Under the pieces are notes generated by a model. That model searched no databases and had not been told where the DNA came from. It saw only the letters and a list, made by a program, of their open reading frames with translations. Positions 1 through 13,570 of a stretch of DNA of 64,000 bases are shown piece after piece. The DNA comes from the human T2T-CHM13v2.0 reference genome, Homo sapiens, in NCBI RefSeq assembly GCF_009914755.1, contig NC_060927.1. One strand, 5' to 3'. Positions within the stretch are counted from its first letter, which is position 1, and the number at the start of each line of letters is the position of its first letter. Made by a program: the position numbers and the translations under genes.

Positions 1-79
1 CATGGGTCGGGGAAGGGGGAGCAGAGAACATGGGTTTTCTCAAAGCTTTCCGCATCCTTATTTGAACAATGACACAATG

Positions 80-355
80 TGGGAAAATGTGAATGTGGAC
101 TAGATATCTGATATGAAGGAACTATTAATTTCATTGGATGTGATAAGAGCACTGCTATTATATAACTAAGAAATGGCCTTATTTGGAGTAAAAAATGATA
201 TATCTGGGATTTTTAAAACCACTCAAACTCTTCTTTAAAATGTGGGGGAAACAGATGAAATGAGATTAGCAGAATGTTGAAGCTAGGTGAGTGGTACATG
301 GGGTTTGTTACATTATTCTATCTTTTGTGCTAGCTTGAAATTTCCACAATACAAA
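80..355 (+). mobile_element. Old L1M (L1ME-like) 3' UTR fragment
   Basis: Degenerate L1ME-type 3' end (...ggtacatggggttt...ttgaaatttccacaat). Confidence 0.6.
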
Positions 356-663
356 GGTTTTTGTTTTGTTTTGTTTTGTTTAATTAAAAAAAACAAACAA
401 AAAAAAAAACCTTCCTGGTGACTGAAAGGAGCTGCGGAGCTGATCCAAGGCAAGTGGGACTCCAAGAGGAAGCTCAGCCACAGGATCACCTCCACTCTGG
501 TGTCCTGGGATTTGCAAGCATAGGAGGCAGATGACTTTGTCTAAGTCCACGGAACGTTCTGACCAGCCTTTAGCACTGCCACAGAGAAAGCCCCTGATGG
601 CAACGAGTACTCAGCGAATCCTGCAGCAATGTCCGGACCTTCAAAGAAACTAATTGTAAGATA

Positions 664-724
664 ATCTCCATGGAAACCATCTATTCTGATTTTTTTTCCA
701 TGGCAACCAATAAGAACATAAACA
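664..724. promoter_or_regulatory. Candidate RFX/NF-Y/forkhead enhancer in POC1A intron 9
   Basis: ATCTCCATGGAAAC 664-677, TTTTCCATGGCAAC 694-707, CCAAT 707-711, ATAAACA 718-724; motif evidence only. Confidence 0.45.
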
Positions 725-2266
725 CAAGCACTATCCAACACCCTTACACCACATGGCAATGCTGCTGTCCAATCTGGAAAATATAAACCACAAAGGGTTT
801 TTTTCCATTTAAAATGAAAAGAAGTTCTGAAACTTCTAATCTAGGCATGCAGACTCTACCACCCTCTGTTGCCCTGCCACTGCCCACACCACCCCATGTC
901 ATCTGCCCCCCAAAACTGACAAATAAGGCCAGAAGGTAGCTTCCTTCTTTTAGTCTGAGACCATCAAAAATGCCAAAAGGAAAGACAGCCCGCCTCTAGC
1001 CTCACACACTCAACTTATGCTGCCCACAGACGTGAGAATGCTTTGACTTCCTGAGCATTTTTTATGTGTCAGACACATACTGAGCACCATGGCAAGAGCA
1101 AGGCCCCAGCCCTCCAGGGAGAAAAGTTAGGTCTGTAAATAACAGACAACAGGAGAGCGGGGCTGCTCCAGGTAGGAGAGTGCTCCAGGCAGGTGGAGCA
1201 GGAAGAACTCACCAGCTGCCAGCCTCCCAAGGAAGCCTGCATGGAGGAGGTGCCATCTGGAAAGAGACTATAAGGATGAGCGCAACAACACTAGGAGCAG
1301 TGAATGGTGGCCCCAAAAATCAGTCAGACTTAAGCGACAGGTTTATTTCTACCTGTGGCTCATTTATTTCATTTTCAGGTTTCTGAGCTTAAAAAAATAG
1401 AATGAAAACAAAAGAACAAAATAAAAGGGAAGAAAGATCCTTAAATGCCAAAGCCCTCGGTTCTTGTGCACCCTCTCTGCTTTGCAGCAAACAATTGTTA
1501 CAAGACGATTCTTGTGGCCTCTGTGGGCTCTCCTGTGGAGAGGTGATGATGGGGCTTTAGATTGCCTGTCATCACTATTGGCAAAAAGGCAGTGTCATAG
1601 CAGTGGCCCCAGTGTGTGAAGCAAAAGGTCCTTCAAGGCATGCAGCCTGGCTCTGCCTGGGGCCATGTGTGCCTTGTAGGAAAGCATCACAGTGTTGAGA
1701 CTCCACTTTCTGTCCTGTGACTCAGGTTCATTTCCCCACATGCACATGTGGAAGCTCCAATAACCCTAAGCCCAAGCTTTGGCTGCCAGGGGAAAAGGAA
1801 AACCCAAAACAGTTCTGGAACTCTCGAAAGAGGTAACGAAGCTCTCAAAGGAGTGTGTGTGCCTGGGTTTATATGCCAAATGTGTACTGATGCACGCAGA
1901 GCTGGACCCAAGGGCCTCCAGCCTTTGTCTGAGTTCCTGAGTCAGGTTGCTCTGTCTTCCTGATACTGTGATTGTCTTAATATGCTTTTCCCTGGATGTC
2001 TGAGAACACACCTCCCATTGGTTTAAGTCATTAAATAGGCCTTCCTTCCTCAACATCATGAACTCTCCTCTGGAGAGGAACCTACTTGCTTTTAGAATGG
2101 ATGGAAATTTTTCTAGTGACAGGAAACACCATTAGCCCCTCAAGGGGGCAGTTCAGAGAAGGGAGTTCTGGCTTCCACTCCAACCTTGCCACCTCTACCC
2201 TAATCGCTGTTTCAGGGCTTGTCTCTGCTCTTGCTACCTGGAGGCACCTCTTCAAGAGGCTCTGCA

Positions 2267-2548
2267 GGCCGGGCACGGTGGCTCATGCCTGTAATCCCAA
2301 CACTTTGGGAGGCCAAGGCGGGCAGATCACCAGAGGTCAAGAGTTTGTGACAAGCCTGGCCAACATGGTGAAACCCTGTCTCTACTAAAAATACAAAAAT
2401 TAGCCAGGTGTAGTGGCAGGTGCCTGTAATCCCAGCTACTCAGGAGGCTGAGGCAGGAGAATCTCTTGAACTGGAAGGAATAGGTTACAGTAAGCCGAGA
2501 TCGCGCTATTGCATTCCAGCCTAGGCAAGAATGGCTAGACTCTGTCTC

Positions 2549-2577
<29 letters not shown>
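2267..2577 (+). mobile_element. Full-length AluS with TSD
   Basis: GGCCGGGCAC start, A-tail, TSD aagaggctctgca at 2254-2266 and 2578-2590. Confidence 0.95.
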
Positions 2578-2579
<2 letters not shown>

Positions 2580-3065
2580 GAGGCTCTGCAAATAAGACCT
2601 TCATCTGGGGTTCAAATGTTAAGCCATATACACCCAAGCCATCTCTGGCTCAGACAGAGACTCTCACCCATCTGCTTCCCTAAAGTCTAGCAGGCTGTCT
2701 GGAGGATGGGAGCTGGCCTAGGCATCCACATGTGCAGGGTGAGAAGTGGGAGACAGGACATCAAGACAGCAAGGGAGACACCAAGGATAACACAGGAGAC
2801 AGGTGGCCTGGAGAACACAGATTCAAGAATAGGTGACTGGACTAATGGCAGGAGTACTAAGGGGCAGGACAGAAGCTGGGACAGAACAACAGGGCTGGCA
2901 GAGGCTCACAGCAGAGCCACAGCAAGTCCCATCTTCCTTACTACTGATGTCCTCAGCTGGTAATAAAACCACACGCCTGCCTGTCTGGTTGTAAACAGAG
3001 CCTTGGTAGATGCCTTTGGGTTTAAAGGGCCCACGGGGCAGCACTGGACTTTCTTTCTTGCTTTC

Positions 3066-3768
<703 letters not shown>

Positions 3769-3789
3769 CTAGACTGTTTTCCAAAAGAC

Positions 3790-3960
3790 CAGTGGTTCTC
3801 CAAGTGAGTCCCTGGATCAGCAGCATCAGCATCACCTAGAAATCTGTTAGAAATGTGAATTCCCTATTAAATCGGATACTCTGGATATGAGGCCCAGCAA
3901 GCTGTGTTTTAACAAGCCCTCAGAGTGATTCTGAGGCACACTAAAGTTTGAGAACCACTG
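3790..3960. mobile_element. MER5A hAT-Charlie DNA transposon
   Basis: TIRs cagtggttctc...gagaaccactg; internal cagcagcatcagcatcacct. Confidence 0.85.
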
Positions 3961-4323
3961 CAGGAGGCTTACCATGATAACTGTCAAATGTTAAAAGGCC
4001 TGTCTCTTCACCATCACTGCCTGGGAAGCCCAGCTAGCATCTCCTAATGGATTTCTGCAAATGCTGTCCTCATGCTTATCAAAGGCAACTCCTCCCCCAT
4101 GGGAAACTTAGTAATTATTTAACATGTACCTAGTAATAACGTCAGTGGTAGCCTCTGGAAGAAAAAGGAGCTGGGACCCTGCCCTGGGCCTGGGTGGCCC
4201 CACTTCCAGGAGCACTGGCATCTTTGGTGCTCCTGGATCTTGCGAACACCACATTACTCACCAGCCACTGGCCAAAGGTGCTCTGTTTCAAGCAGGAAAC
4301 ATTCTACAAAAACTGTAGTTTGG

Positions 4324-4643
4324 GGCTGGGCACGGTGGCTCACGCCTGCAATCCCAGCATTTTGGTAGGCCGAGGTGGGTGGATCACCTGAAGTCAGGAG
4401 TTCAAGACCAGCCCAGCCAACATGGTGAAACACTGTCTCTACTAAAAATACAAAAGTTCGCCGGTGTGGTGGTGTGCACCTGTAATCCCAGCTACTCAGG
4501 TGGCTGAGACAGGAGAATCGCTTGAACTCGGGAGGCAGAGGTTGCAGTGAACTAAGATCGCGCCACTACACTCCAGCCTGGGTGACAGAGAGAGACTCCG
4601 TCTCAAAAAACAAAAACAAACAAAAAAACAAAACAAAAACAAA
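4324..4643 (+). mobile_element. AluS
   Basis: Alu consensus; ctgtagtttgg repeated on both flanks. Confidence 0.92.
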
Positions 4644-6052
4644 ACCTGTAGTTTGGTAACAAATATTGAATCTTCTTTATTTTTAGTATCCACTCTCTTC
4701 CCACTGAAACTAAGAAACCCAGAGCACTTTCCACGAGTTCTATTGAGATAAAGGTGGAGGAAAATGCAACCCGAGTATGAAAGGGGGCATCTTATCTGGA
4801 GGCCTCTGCCACCCAAAGCAAAGGCTGCTGTGGCCTCTCTTCTGCAGGAAGGTCTTTTGCAGAGTGAGCCCATGAAATGAAAAATGCACAAAGGATGCAA
4901 TGCAGAATGCTGGGGAGAAATCGGGGTGCAGAGAATTGAGACAACCTGCGTGAGGTTACAGGAGACACGCCACCTCAGGCTGGGTCCCAGCCTCTGCTCA
5001 GACCAGCATACTAGGGCAGCGCAGCTCTTACTGCCAACTAAGTTCTGGAAGTGGTTCCCAGAGCCAGAAGTTTCTAGTATCCACCTTCCACCTTCCTAGT
5101 GGGGCTGCCTGAAAATCCTGTCCAGGAAAGACATGCTTGTAAGCTGCCTTTTCTCATACCAGGAAGGTGCCTAGCCAGATCCCTGGCATCCCCCATGCTG
5201 TGCCCAGCCCCAGTACATCCCATGTAAACCGGAGACGCCCCACAGAACTGGAACAACAGGGTCTGCAGGGGGATTACATGAATGAGTACAAGGGAGGTGC
5301 ACTTGACAGAGCATTGTGGGAATGTAGACACCAGGAGACCCTGAAGCAGCACTGACAGGGGTCCACACACGAGCATGCATGTGCACACACACAGGGGAAG
5401 GCACGGTTATCTGTCCCAGGGGTGAGGATGCTGGGCTCCTTTTTCCCACTGAGAAATGAGGAGACTCCCCCTTGCTCTTTTCCAGTCAGGGGTCTCTTAT
5501 TAGCGTTCCTGCACTTCAATCCCAGAGACAAGGACTTGGCTGGGGCCCAGGCTATTCACCAGCAGGTCACCTCTGGGCTCAAAGTTCCTCCTCTGTGTGG
5601 CATAGGGGGCAGGAATGAATTTCCCCCAGGAGCCAGAGATGGGCCACCTGGTAAGTCCTAGGAAACATGAAAAAGAAAGTCCCCACTGTTCCCAAGTCAT
5701 CCCATAAAGCCTGGCCCCGGTAAAGCCCCACAATAGCCACACGAGGTGGAATGGTGCCCCTTAGAAGAGGGTCTGCTTTGCCATTTCCATCAAGCTCTCA
5801 TTCACACCGATAAAAAGGACTGTGGGCAATGCCAGCTATTCAGCCAAAGGGTGTGAGCAAAGTGAGAGCCACAACACATTAACAGGCACATCTTGACCCC
5901 CAGAGATGCCCTGAGCCCAAGGGCACGGGCAGCTTGAGGCGTCGGGGGTTTGGGCTCCATGAAGCCATGCCTTTTCCAAGTTGGGTAACTTGCCTGGGCA
6001 TCTTCTGACTTGCCTGCAGCAGGCAGGAAGCCAACAGTTCCCTTTAATAGTA

Positions 6053-6185
6053 TTTTTTTTTTTTAAGAGATGGGGGTCTCACTACTTTACCCAGGCTGGT
6101 CTTGAACTCCTGGGCTCAAGCCAGCCTCTTGCCTCAGCCTCCCAAAGTGCTAAGATTACAGGCGTGAGTCACTGCATCCTACCAA
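6053..6185 (-). mobile_element. FLAM/Alu monomer
   Basis: Left-arm Alu sequence on minus strand. Confidence 0.85.
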
Positions 6186-6418
6186 CCTTAATGGTCTTGA
6201 AAAAATTAGGTGCCAGGATTGGGGTCAAGTGGAGAAGGGAGAGGCTCTTCTCTAAGACATATAAATCTGGGGTTCACTCCTGCTCCAAACACCTACAACA
6301 CCGCTCTTGCTAAGAATCCGTTGAACCCACACTTCTCCCCTCTACAGAAAGTGAATGCCAAACCATAAATCTGTGTTCTCATTAAGCGACCCAAGTCCTC
6401 CCAAATGAGAAGCAAATC

Positions 6419-6781
6419 TGCTGCAAGGTCTGAGGGCTAGTGTCCCCCAAAATTCCTGTGTTGAAATCCTAACCCCAAAGTAATAGTATTAGGAGGTGGG
6501 GCCTTTGGGAGGTGATTAGGTCATATGGGTGGAGCTATCAGGTTTGGATTAGTGCCCTTATGAAAGAGACCCCAGAGATCTAGCTAGCCCCTTCCACCAC
6601 GCGAGGACACAGTGAGAAGGAGCCATCTATGAAGCAGAAAACAAACCCTCACCAGACACTAAACCCGTTGGTGCTTTGCTTGGACTTCCCAGCCTCCAGA
6701 ACTGTGAGAAATAAAATTTCTATATTTATAATCTACCTAGTCTATGGTATTTTGTTATAGCATCCTGAGCAGACTAACACA
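6419..6781 (+). mobile_element. MaLR solo LTR (MLT1A0-like)
   Basis: gtgtcccccaaaatt...ggaggtggggcctttgggaggtgattagg...cagcctccagaactgtgagaaataaa...gactaacaca. Confidence 0.85.
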
Positions 6782-6796
6782 TAATCTATGAGGCAA

Positions 6797-6937
6797 GGGA
6801 TGAGAAAATACTTAACCAGTATAATGTACATTATTTGGGTGATGATTACACTAAAAGCCCAGACTTCACCCCTACACAATATACCAGGTAACAAAACTGC
6901 ACTTGTACTTCTGAAATGTATACAAATAATTTTAAAA
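6797..6937 (+). mobile_element. 5'-truncated L1MA-type 3' end with TSD
   Basis: tacactaaaagcccagacttcacc...aacaaaactgcacttgtac; aatctatgaggca on both sides. Confidence 0.8.
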
Positions 6938-7670
6938 AATCTATGAGGCAGATGAGGTGGAAATGGGTCTCCTCTCCCTGTTTCTCCAACTCTCTAATTC
7001 CTCAGGCAAGGCACCTGGAGTGAGAACCCAGATCTTAAAAATCCACAGGCACCCAGGACCCCCAGATCCAAAGCATAAGGGAAGATCTAGTGCCAAGAAT
7101 CTCTGGGCCAGGAATCAGGGTCCCACAAATCCCTAAGTGAAGCCCACCCCTGTGGCAGTGCCCCAAAAATGGAAATGTGGGAGGTTAAGGACAAGCACAG
7201 GAGGTGGCTGGTGCTTTACTCTCAGTATCAGAGGAACTAGGAAGAAGAAATAGACCATCCTTCGGCACGGATGAGGCTCAGTTCAGATGTTCTCAACTGA
7301 CCCAGCTCCCTCTTCCAGAGGACAGTTCAAGCACTGAGGCTCTGGGGATCCTGGGCATCTTGTCCTGAGGAATCCTGTGGCAGAAGGACAAGTCTGTTTC
7401 CACCCACTCACAGATCTGCTCTCTCATCTGGGAGCACAGGGGACTTGGGTCTGCCATCAGGAAACACAATTTTGATGCCTGCAAGGGTCTAGAAACCTCA
7501 CTGGCCCTCACTACGATGACCTGCAGAGAGGGGTCAACGTGGAAAATTATAAGTGCTCCCATTATTGCCCACTGTCCCTCACCCCAGCAAGTTTTGAACA
7601 CATAATCTCCTGGATTGGCTTTCAGTCAGGGAGGGGAAAAGAACCCTTTTTAAAGTAGCTAAAGCTTGGT

Positions 7671-8262
7671 GGGGCAGGCGTGGTAGTTCACACCTATAAT
7701 CCCAATGCTTTGGGAGGCAGAGGCAGGAGAACTGCTTGAGCCCAGGAATTTGAGACCAGCCTAGACAAGACAGGGAGACCCTTTCTCTACAAAAAATTTA
7801 AAAAATTAGGCCAGGTGCGGTGGCTCACACCTGTAATCCTAGCCCTTTGGGAGGCCAACGCAGGTGGATCACCTGAGCTCTCGAGTTCGAGACCAGCCTG
7901 GCCAACATGGTGAAATCCCATCTCTACTAAAAATACAAAATTTAGCCAGGCGTGGAGGTGCACGCTTGTATTCCCAGCTACTCGGGAGGCTGAGGCACAA
8001 GAATCTCTTGAATCCAGGAGGCAGAGATTATAGTGAGCCAAGATTGTGCCACTGCACTCCAGCCTGGGTGACAGCACAAGACTCTGTCTCAAAAAAAAAA
8101 AAAAAATTAGCTGGGTGTGGGGGCACACGCCTATAGTCCCAGCTACTCAGGAGGCTGAGACAGGAGGATCGCTTCAGCCTGGGAGGTTGAAGCTGCAGTG
8201 AGCCACAATTGCGCCACTGTAGTTCAGCCTGGGTGACAGAGTGAGACCCTGACTCAAAAAAA
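7671..8262 (+). mobile_element. AluJ with an AluS (about 7809-8105) inserted in its central linker
   Basis: Left arm, full Alu, right arm; inner repeat aaaaattag, outer TSD tagctaaagcttg. Confidence 0.9.
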
Positions 8263-10237
8263 ATAGCTAAAGCTTGATGAGCACTTGTCATGTGCCAGGC
8301 AGATGCACCACGCATGAAATCCCACGAAGGAGGGCCCAGCCTCTCCCCAAACGACAGAAGAGAAAACCGTGCCTCACAGACGTCTGGCCACTTTCCTAGG
8401 ACCACACCCCAGGCAGGGTAGAGAAAGGATTTAATCACAGGTTGGCTGGAAGCTAGAACCCAGGCTCTTAACCACAGATGAGCTTTCCTCCTTAAAATGA
8501 GATCTTGAGAGGTGAGTGGAGAAAAGCACTCAGCCCTAGAACTCAAGGTTAATGTGTGAACCGGACAGCAGCCAACCCTTAGAACTCAGAAAGTGGGTTT
8601 TTTTTTCCTCCCGTTTCACTGAATTACCTAGAACTCTGTGTTCTCCTCCCACCCCACCCAGCGCAACCTTTCTTCCCCATTGCATAATGGGCCCTCAGAC
8701 ATTTGGAAGGAGGGCAAAAATAAGTCAATCAAGCAAATGCATTTTTGCTATTTAAAAAGTGGTTAAAAAATGCTTCTGTGGTTGAGCAGAAGTCCGTCCT
8801 ATAGTGGCAGGGGTTTGGGAGGTGTTAAATTCAAGATCAGCCAAGATACAGGGGTCTTTATGCCTCGGGGTCAGGCCCCAAAGAACAGACAGCAAGAGGG
8901 TGGACAAGAATAGAGGGGCCAGGGCTGTGGCAGGAACAGAGCTAAGCACTAGACCCTTGAAAACACGAGCACGGGCACCCAATGCAGACAATTCCCAGGG
9001 GCTCCCATCCCTTGCCCACCCTCAAGCCCCTCTGGGAGGTGCTCATTTGCCTGCAAGTGGCTCTTCCAACCTTCCCCCAGCCTTGTAGCATGTCACAAGG
9101 CTGAACATGGAGCTTCTGTCCACCCTCAGCCCAGAGCATGGCCTGGAATCCTTCATCTGCAACCTTCTAAGTAGAGAAGGTTCCCCAGCCACAAGCCCTG
9201 AAATCCCTCCTCATGCACAACTCAGCCAAGAATAGAGGGAAAATGGAACCCATTATTCTCATTCTGAATGGCTGGGAAATGGCTTTTGCTTTTCAACATG
9301 AAATGTGCCTAAAAATAAGCTGTGAATTTCAACCAGAGGTTGAAAATAGCTCTGCAGTGAACAGAGCTCTATTCAGAGTGGGCTCAAGGACAACCTTCAT
9401 TCCAAGATCTGAGAGCTGAAGTACTGCAGTCAGAGAAAGGGTCATGGGCAGGGGGTTTTCCTGGGCAGAAGGACCATCATAGGCTCACAGGGCTGCCCTT
9501 GCCGTGGTCTGCTAGTGGGTAAGTAAAGTAAGGGGTCCATGCAGGGTCTGCCCCTCTGGCTTTCGACTGCTACGCTGGAATGGGGACATGGTGAGGAATT
9601 CAACACCTACACCTGCCCGATGGGCTTCCTAGATTCCCCAAATGCCCAGGAGTATTTCACAAGGCTTCAGGGCCTGAGGCCCAGGGTGCAGACAGAGCTG
9701 ATGTAGGCAGAGGATCATTAGATTCATGAGTTCTTGGGGCATGGCTATGGTGCCCATGAGCTCTTTGAGAAGTCGAGCCACACTGGTCAGCCACCAAACC
9801 ACTGACCAGATATTCTCCCAGAGCCAGGAAAACCTTTAGTCAGGAAAGGCAAAAACACTCTCCAATTTTTAAGTGAAGAAAACCAAGTAGTTGCTAAAGG
9901 CAAAAGGTTTTTTTTTTTTTTTGGTTGTTTACCATCACCTCCAGAAGACTGCGACCAAATGAGATTCCTACAAAATGACTTCTGTTAGAAACCCAGGCTG
10001 AGACACCTGGGCCACTATTGCTGCTGCTGGTGGAAGCCCAAATCTGGCCCAGTTGAACAGAGTCCTCACACTCAAGGCTGCTGGAATAGTCCTCGTCCGC
10101 ATGCCCAGGGCCTCTCCCACCTCATCCCCGTGCTCCTCCCACTGCTAAGACAGCCCCATCTCCAGACACATTCCCACACTCCTCCCACTGCTAGGTCAGC
10201 TTCTTTTCTGGGCTCCCCGCTGAGGCAAGACTTATTG

Positions 10238-10777
10238 CAGTGATTCTAAGCTGGGGACAATTCTGCCCACCAGAGGGACATTTGGCAGCATCAGAAGACT
10301 TTTTTTTTTTTTTTCCCAGAGACAGAGTCTCACTCTGTCATCCAAGCTGGAGTGCAGTGGTATGATCATAGTTCACGATAGCCTCCAACTCCTGGGCTCA
10401 AGTGATCTTTCCGCCTCAGCCTCCCAAGTGACTAGGACTACAGGGGAGTGCCACCATGCTCAACTAATTTTTAAATTTTTTTGTAGAGACGAGATCTTGC
10501 TGTGTTGACCAGGCTGGTCTTGAACTCCTAGGCACAAGCGATCCTCTAGTCTCAGCCTCTCAAAGTGCTGAGATTACAGGTGTGGGCCACCATGCCTGGC
10601 CTAGAAGACATTTTTGGTTGTCACAACTTGGGTTGGTGGGAGGGTGAAGATGCTACTGGCATCTAGTGAGTAAAGGCCAAGGATGCTGCTAAATATCCCA
10701 CAATGCACAAAACAGCCCCCCACAGCAAAGAATGATCTGGCCCAAGATATCAATAGTGCTGAGGGTGAGAAACCCTG
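10238..10777. mobile_element. MER20 DNA transposon interrupted by AluJ (-, about 10300-10601)
   Basis: cagtgattct...gagaaaccctg ends; tgctactggcatctagtg core; agaagac flanks the Alu. Confidence 0.85.
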
Positions 10778-11039
10778 GGTTATTGGGAAGGCCAGTACAT
10801 GGACAGTGCTGGAGGGACAGAGGCTCATCGGACTCACAAGCTCCTGAGACATGGCTGCAGTGCTCCTGGGCTCCCTATGGGGTTGAGTCACTCTGGCCAG
10901 CCATAGAACCAGTCCCCAGATACGGTCTCGGTGCCAGGGAAGCCCTTGGGCAAGAAGGGCGAGAGCACACTCATCAGCTTCCCTTCCTATCTCAGAAGAA
11001 AACCGAACTACTGAACAGTGTTATAAAAAGTAGCTCTCC

Positions 11040-11190
11040 TCAGTTTGGAAAGATGAAGATCTTCTGGAAATAGACGGTGATGGTTGCACAACACTGAGAA
11101 TATATTTAATGCCACCAAATTGCACACTTAAAATGGTTAAAATGGTAAACTTTGTGTTATATATATATGTATCACAATAAAACAAGGCAA
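11040..11190 (+). mobile_element. L1MB-type 3' end fragment
   Basis: gatggttgcacaacact...aaaatggttaaaatggtaaa. Confidence 0.75.
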
Positions 11191-13258
11191 AACAAACTAA
11201 AAACCTAGCTCTCCTCTTGGCCTGGGAGTCCTCAGATTAGAGAAGTCCTGAAGGTTGACACCACATGGCATGTGTGTGTCAGTGAAAGTGTGTCTGGAAG
11301 AGGACTTACATCCACTCAGGGTCTCAGAGGGGCTTATGACAAATAAGGAAAGAGGTCTGATCTGAACCAAGAATGATTTTAGGATTAACAAGTCACTTGG
11401 TGGGGGTCTCAAAGCTCTCATCAGAGCCTGCCTATGGGCGTATTCAGGTACTATGTGGAAATGTTGGTTTGGGAAGACCAGGTGTTTTGCCTGGGGCCAC
11501 ACATCCAGGGTTCAAACCCAGTTCTCTGACCCCAGGACCCACATCCTTTCCCCTATTTGAGGCCCACACAGTGAGGGCCAGTGGGCAGAGCTGTGACTAC
11601 AACTCCAACGTGAGTCTGTAGATAGTATGGGAACAAGTGGTTGCTCTAAGCACTGCTGAGCTGTTCACCCACTCATGCCCCATCCTGCCATGCTGGGATC
11701 CCCCACCCACAGCTCTGGGAAGCAAAGGTGCTCCATACTCCATTGCTGAGCCAGGACCAAAGGAACAAGAAGCAATTCATCCAAGTTATTTTCCTAATAG
11801 CTACAAGAACATGGGATTCTCCCCCAGCTGGTAGATATTAACCACTCCCAAGCGGCAGATGTCAGGGCCCTCCCTTGAAATGGGGAAAAGCAGCCAGCAG
11901 TCCTCTGCCACCTGTAGTTTCTAGCTTTGCTCAGAGGCATCAGCCTGGTGGGCCCCCAGGTCCAGGCATCTGGGGAAGGTGACTAAGCCCCAGGTGTCTC
12001 ATCTGTGAATTGAGCAGTATATTTACCCACTCATTCTGATGAGATAAGGAATAAACAGGGTAGCGAGCATAAAAGGCCTTGGCTATGGCTCACCAGAAGT
12101 GCCTAATAGAGAGGGATTCACAGGAAAGAGGGCAGGGACCTAGAGGTCTGCTGAGTCCCAGGGGGCCTCAACCCTGCAGTGTGAAATGCCTTTCTGGGTG
12201 GAAGATGAACTGGCAGCAAGCAGTGCATCATGCAGCCCAGTCATCCCCCAACAAACCCAAAAGCTGAAAACTGGCCACAGATTAGCAAGTACAGAGGACA
12301 GCCAAGAGACCAGCCAGGACAGCAACCCTTGTAAGAAAAACCATAAATCCCAACTGGGCCAATGCCTAGAGGCAGACCAGGACACAAAACGGGGGCATGT
12401 GTGTGTGTTGGGGTGGGGAGATGGAGGGTCTATCTGCTGCAGCCACAGAAGCCCCAGGATAGACTCAGGAGGCTTCCTAGTTCTATTCTGGGCCCCAGCC
12501 TTGACTCGCTGGAGGCCTTGGGCGAGCCGCTTCCTGTTGTTTGGGCCAGTATCCGTGTGGGGGAGGCCACACTCTCTGTATGGTCCAACGGAGAGACATC
12601 TAAAAAGCCTGTGGCCATAGGAGCTTAAAACCCTCAAGGTTCCACAACCTCGGCTTTAACATTTATTTCAGCCCAAGCTGAATATGACCTTATTTAATGA
12701 GACTGTATCAGTTATCAATTTTTTTCCCCAAATATTTATCAAAAATATTAACTATTTAAATTCAGGAACACTGAATATTCTTTTACGAACAGAGGTACTA
12801 AAAATGGTTTGTGGCTGAGGAACTTCCTCTCCATGGTTAGAAAAAAAAAGGGAGGGAAGTGAAAGCAACAGGGCTGGGCCTTTCCCACTTGTCCCAGCTG
12901 TGGCTTCAGGCCCTGAACCCTCTAGGAGCCCCACGTTTGGGTCCTGTGACCCAGGGTTCAGTATGGGACGGGTCCCTTGTCTCCTAAGGCCTCAATCAAA
13001 CAGCACCATATGCCATGGCAACACGCTCCCACCAAATGGCACAGGCCTGGGGCACCCGGCAGCTTGCTGTAACAGCCTCTTTGTGTCTTATTCGTTCACT
13101 CTAGATGGAAAACAAAGCACCACAACTTCCAAAGTATTTGGTAAATGAGAAGATCTTGCTAGGGTCCCTTTCCCGAGACAGGCCTAAACCTCCTCCCTCA
13201 CCGTCTCCAAGCCCAGAGCTGTTCACCATGACCTAGCCCACCAGAGTCACAGAGCTCA

Positions 13259-13570
<312 letters not shown>

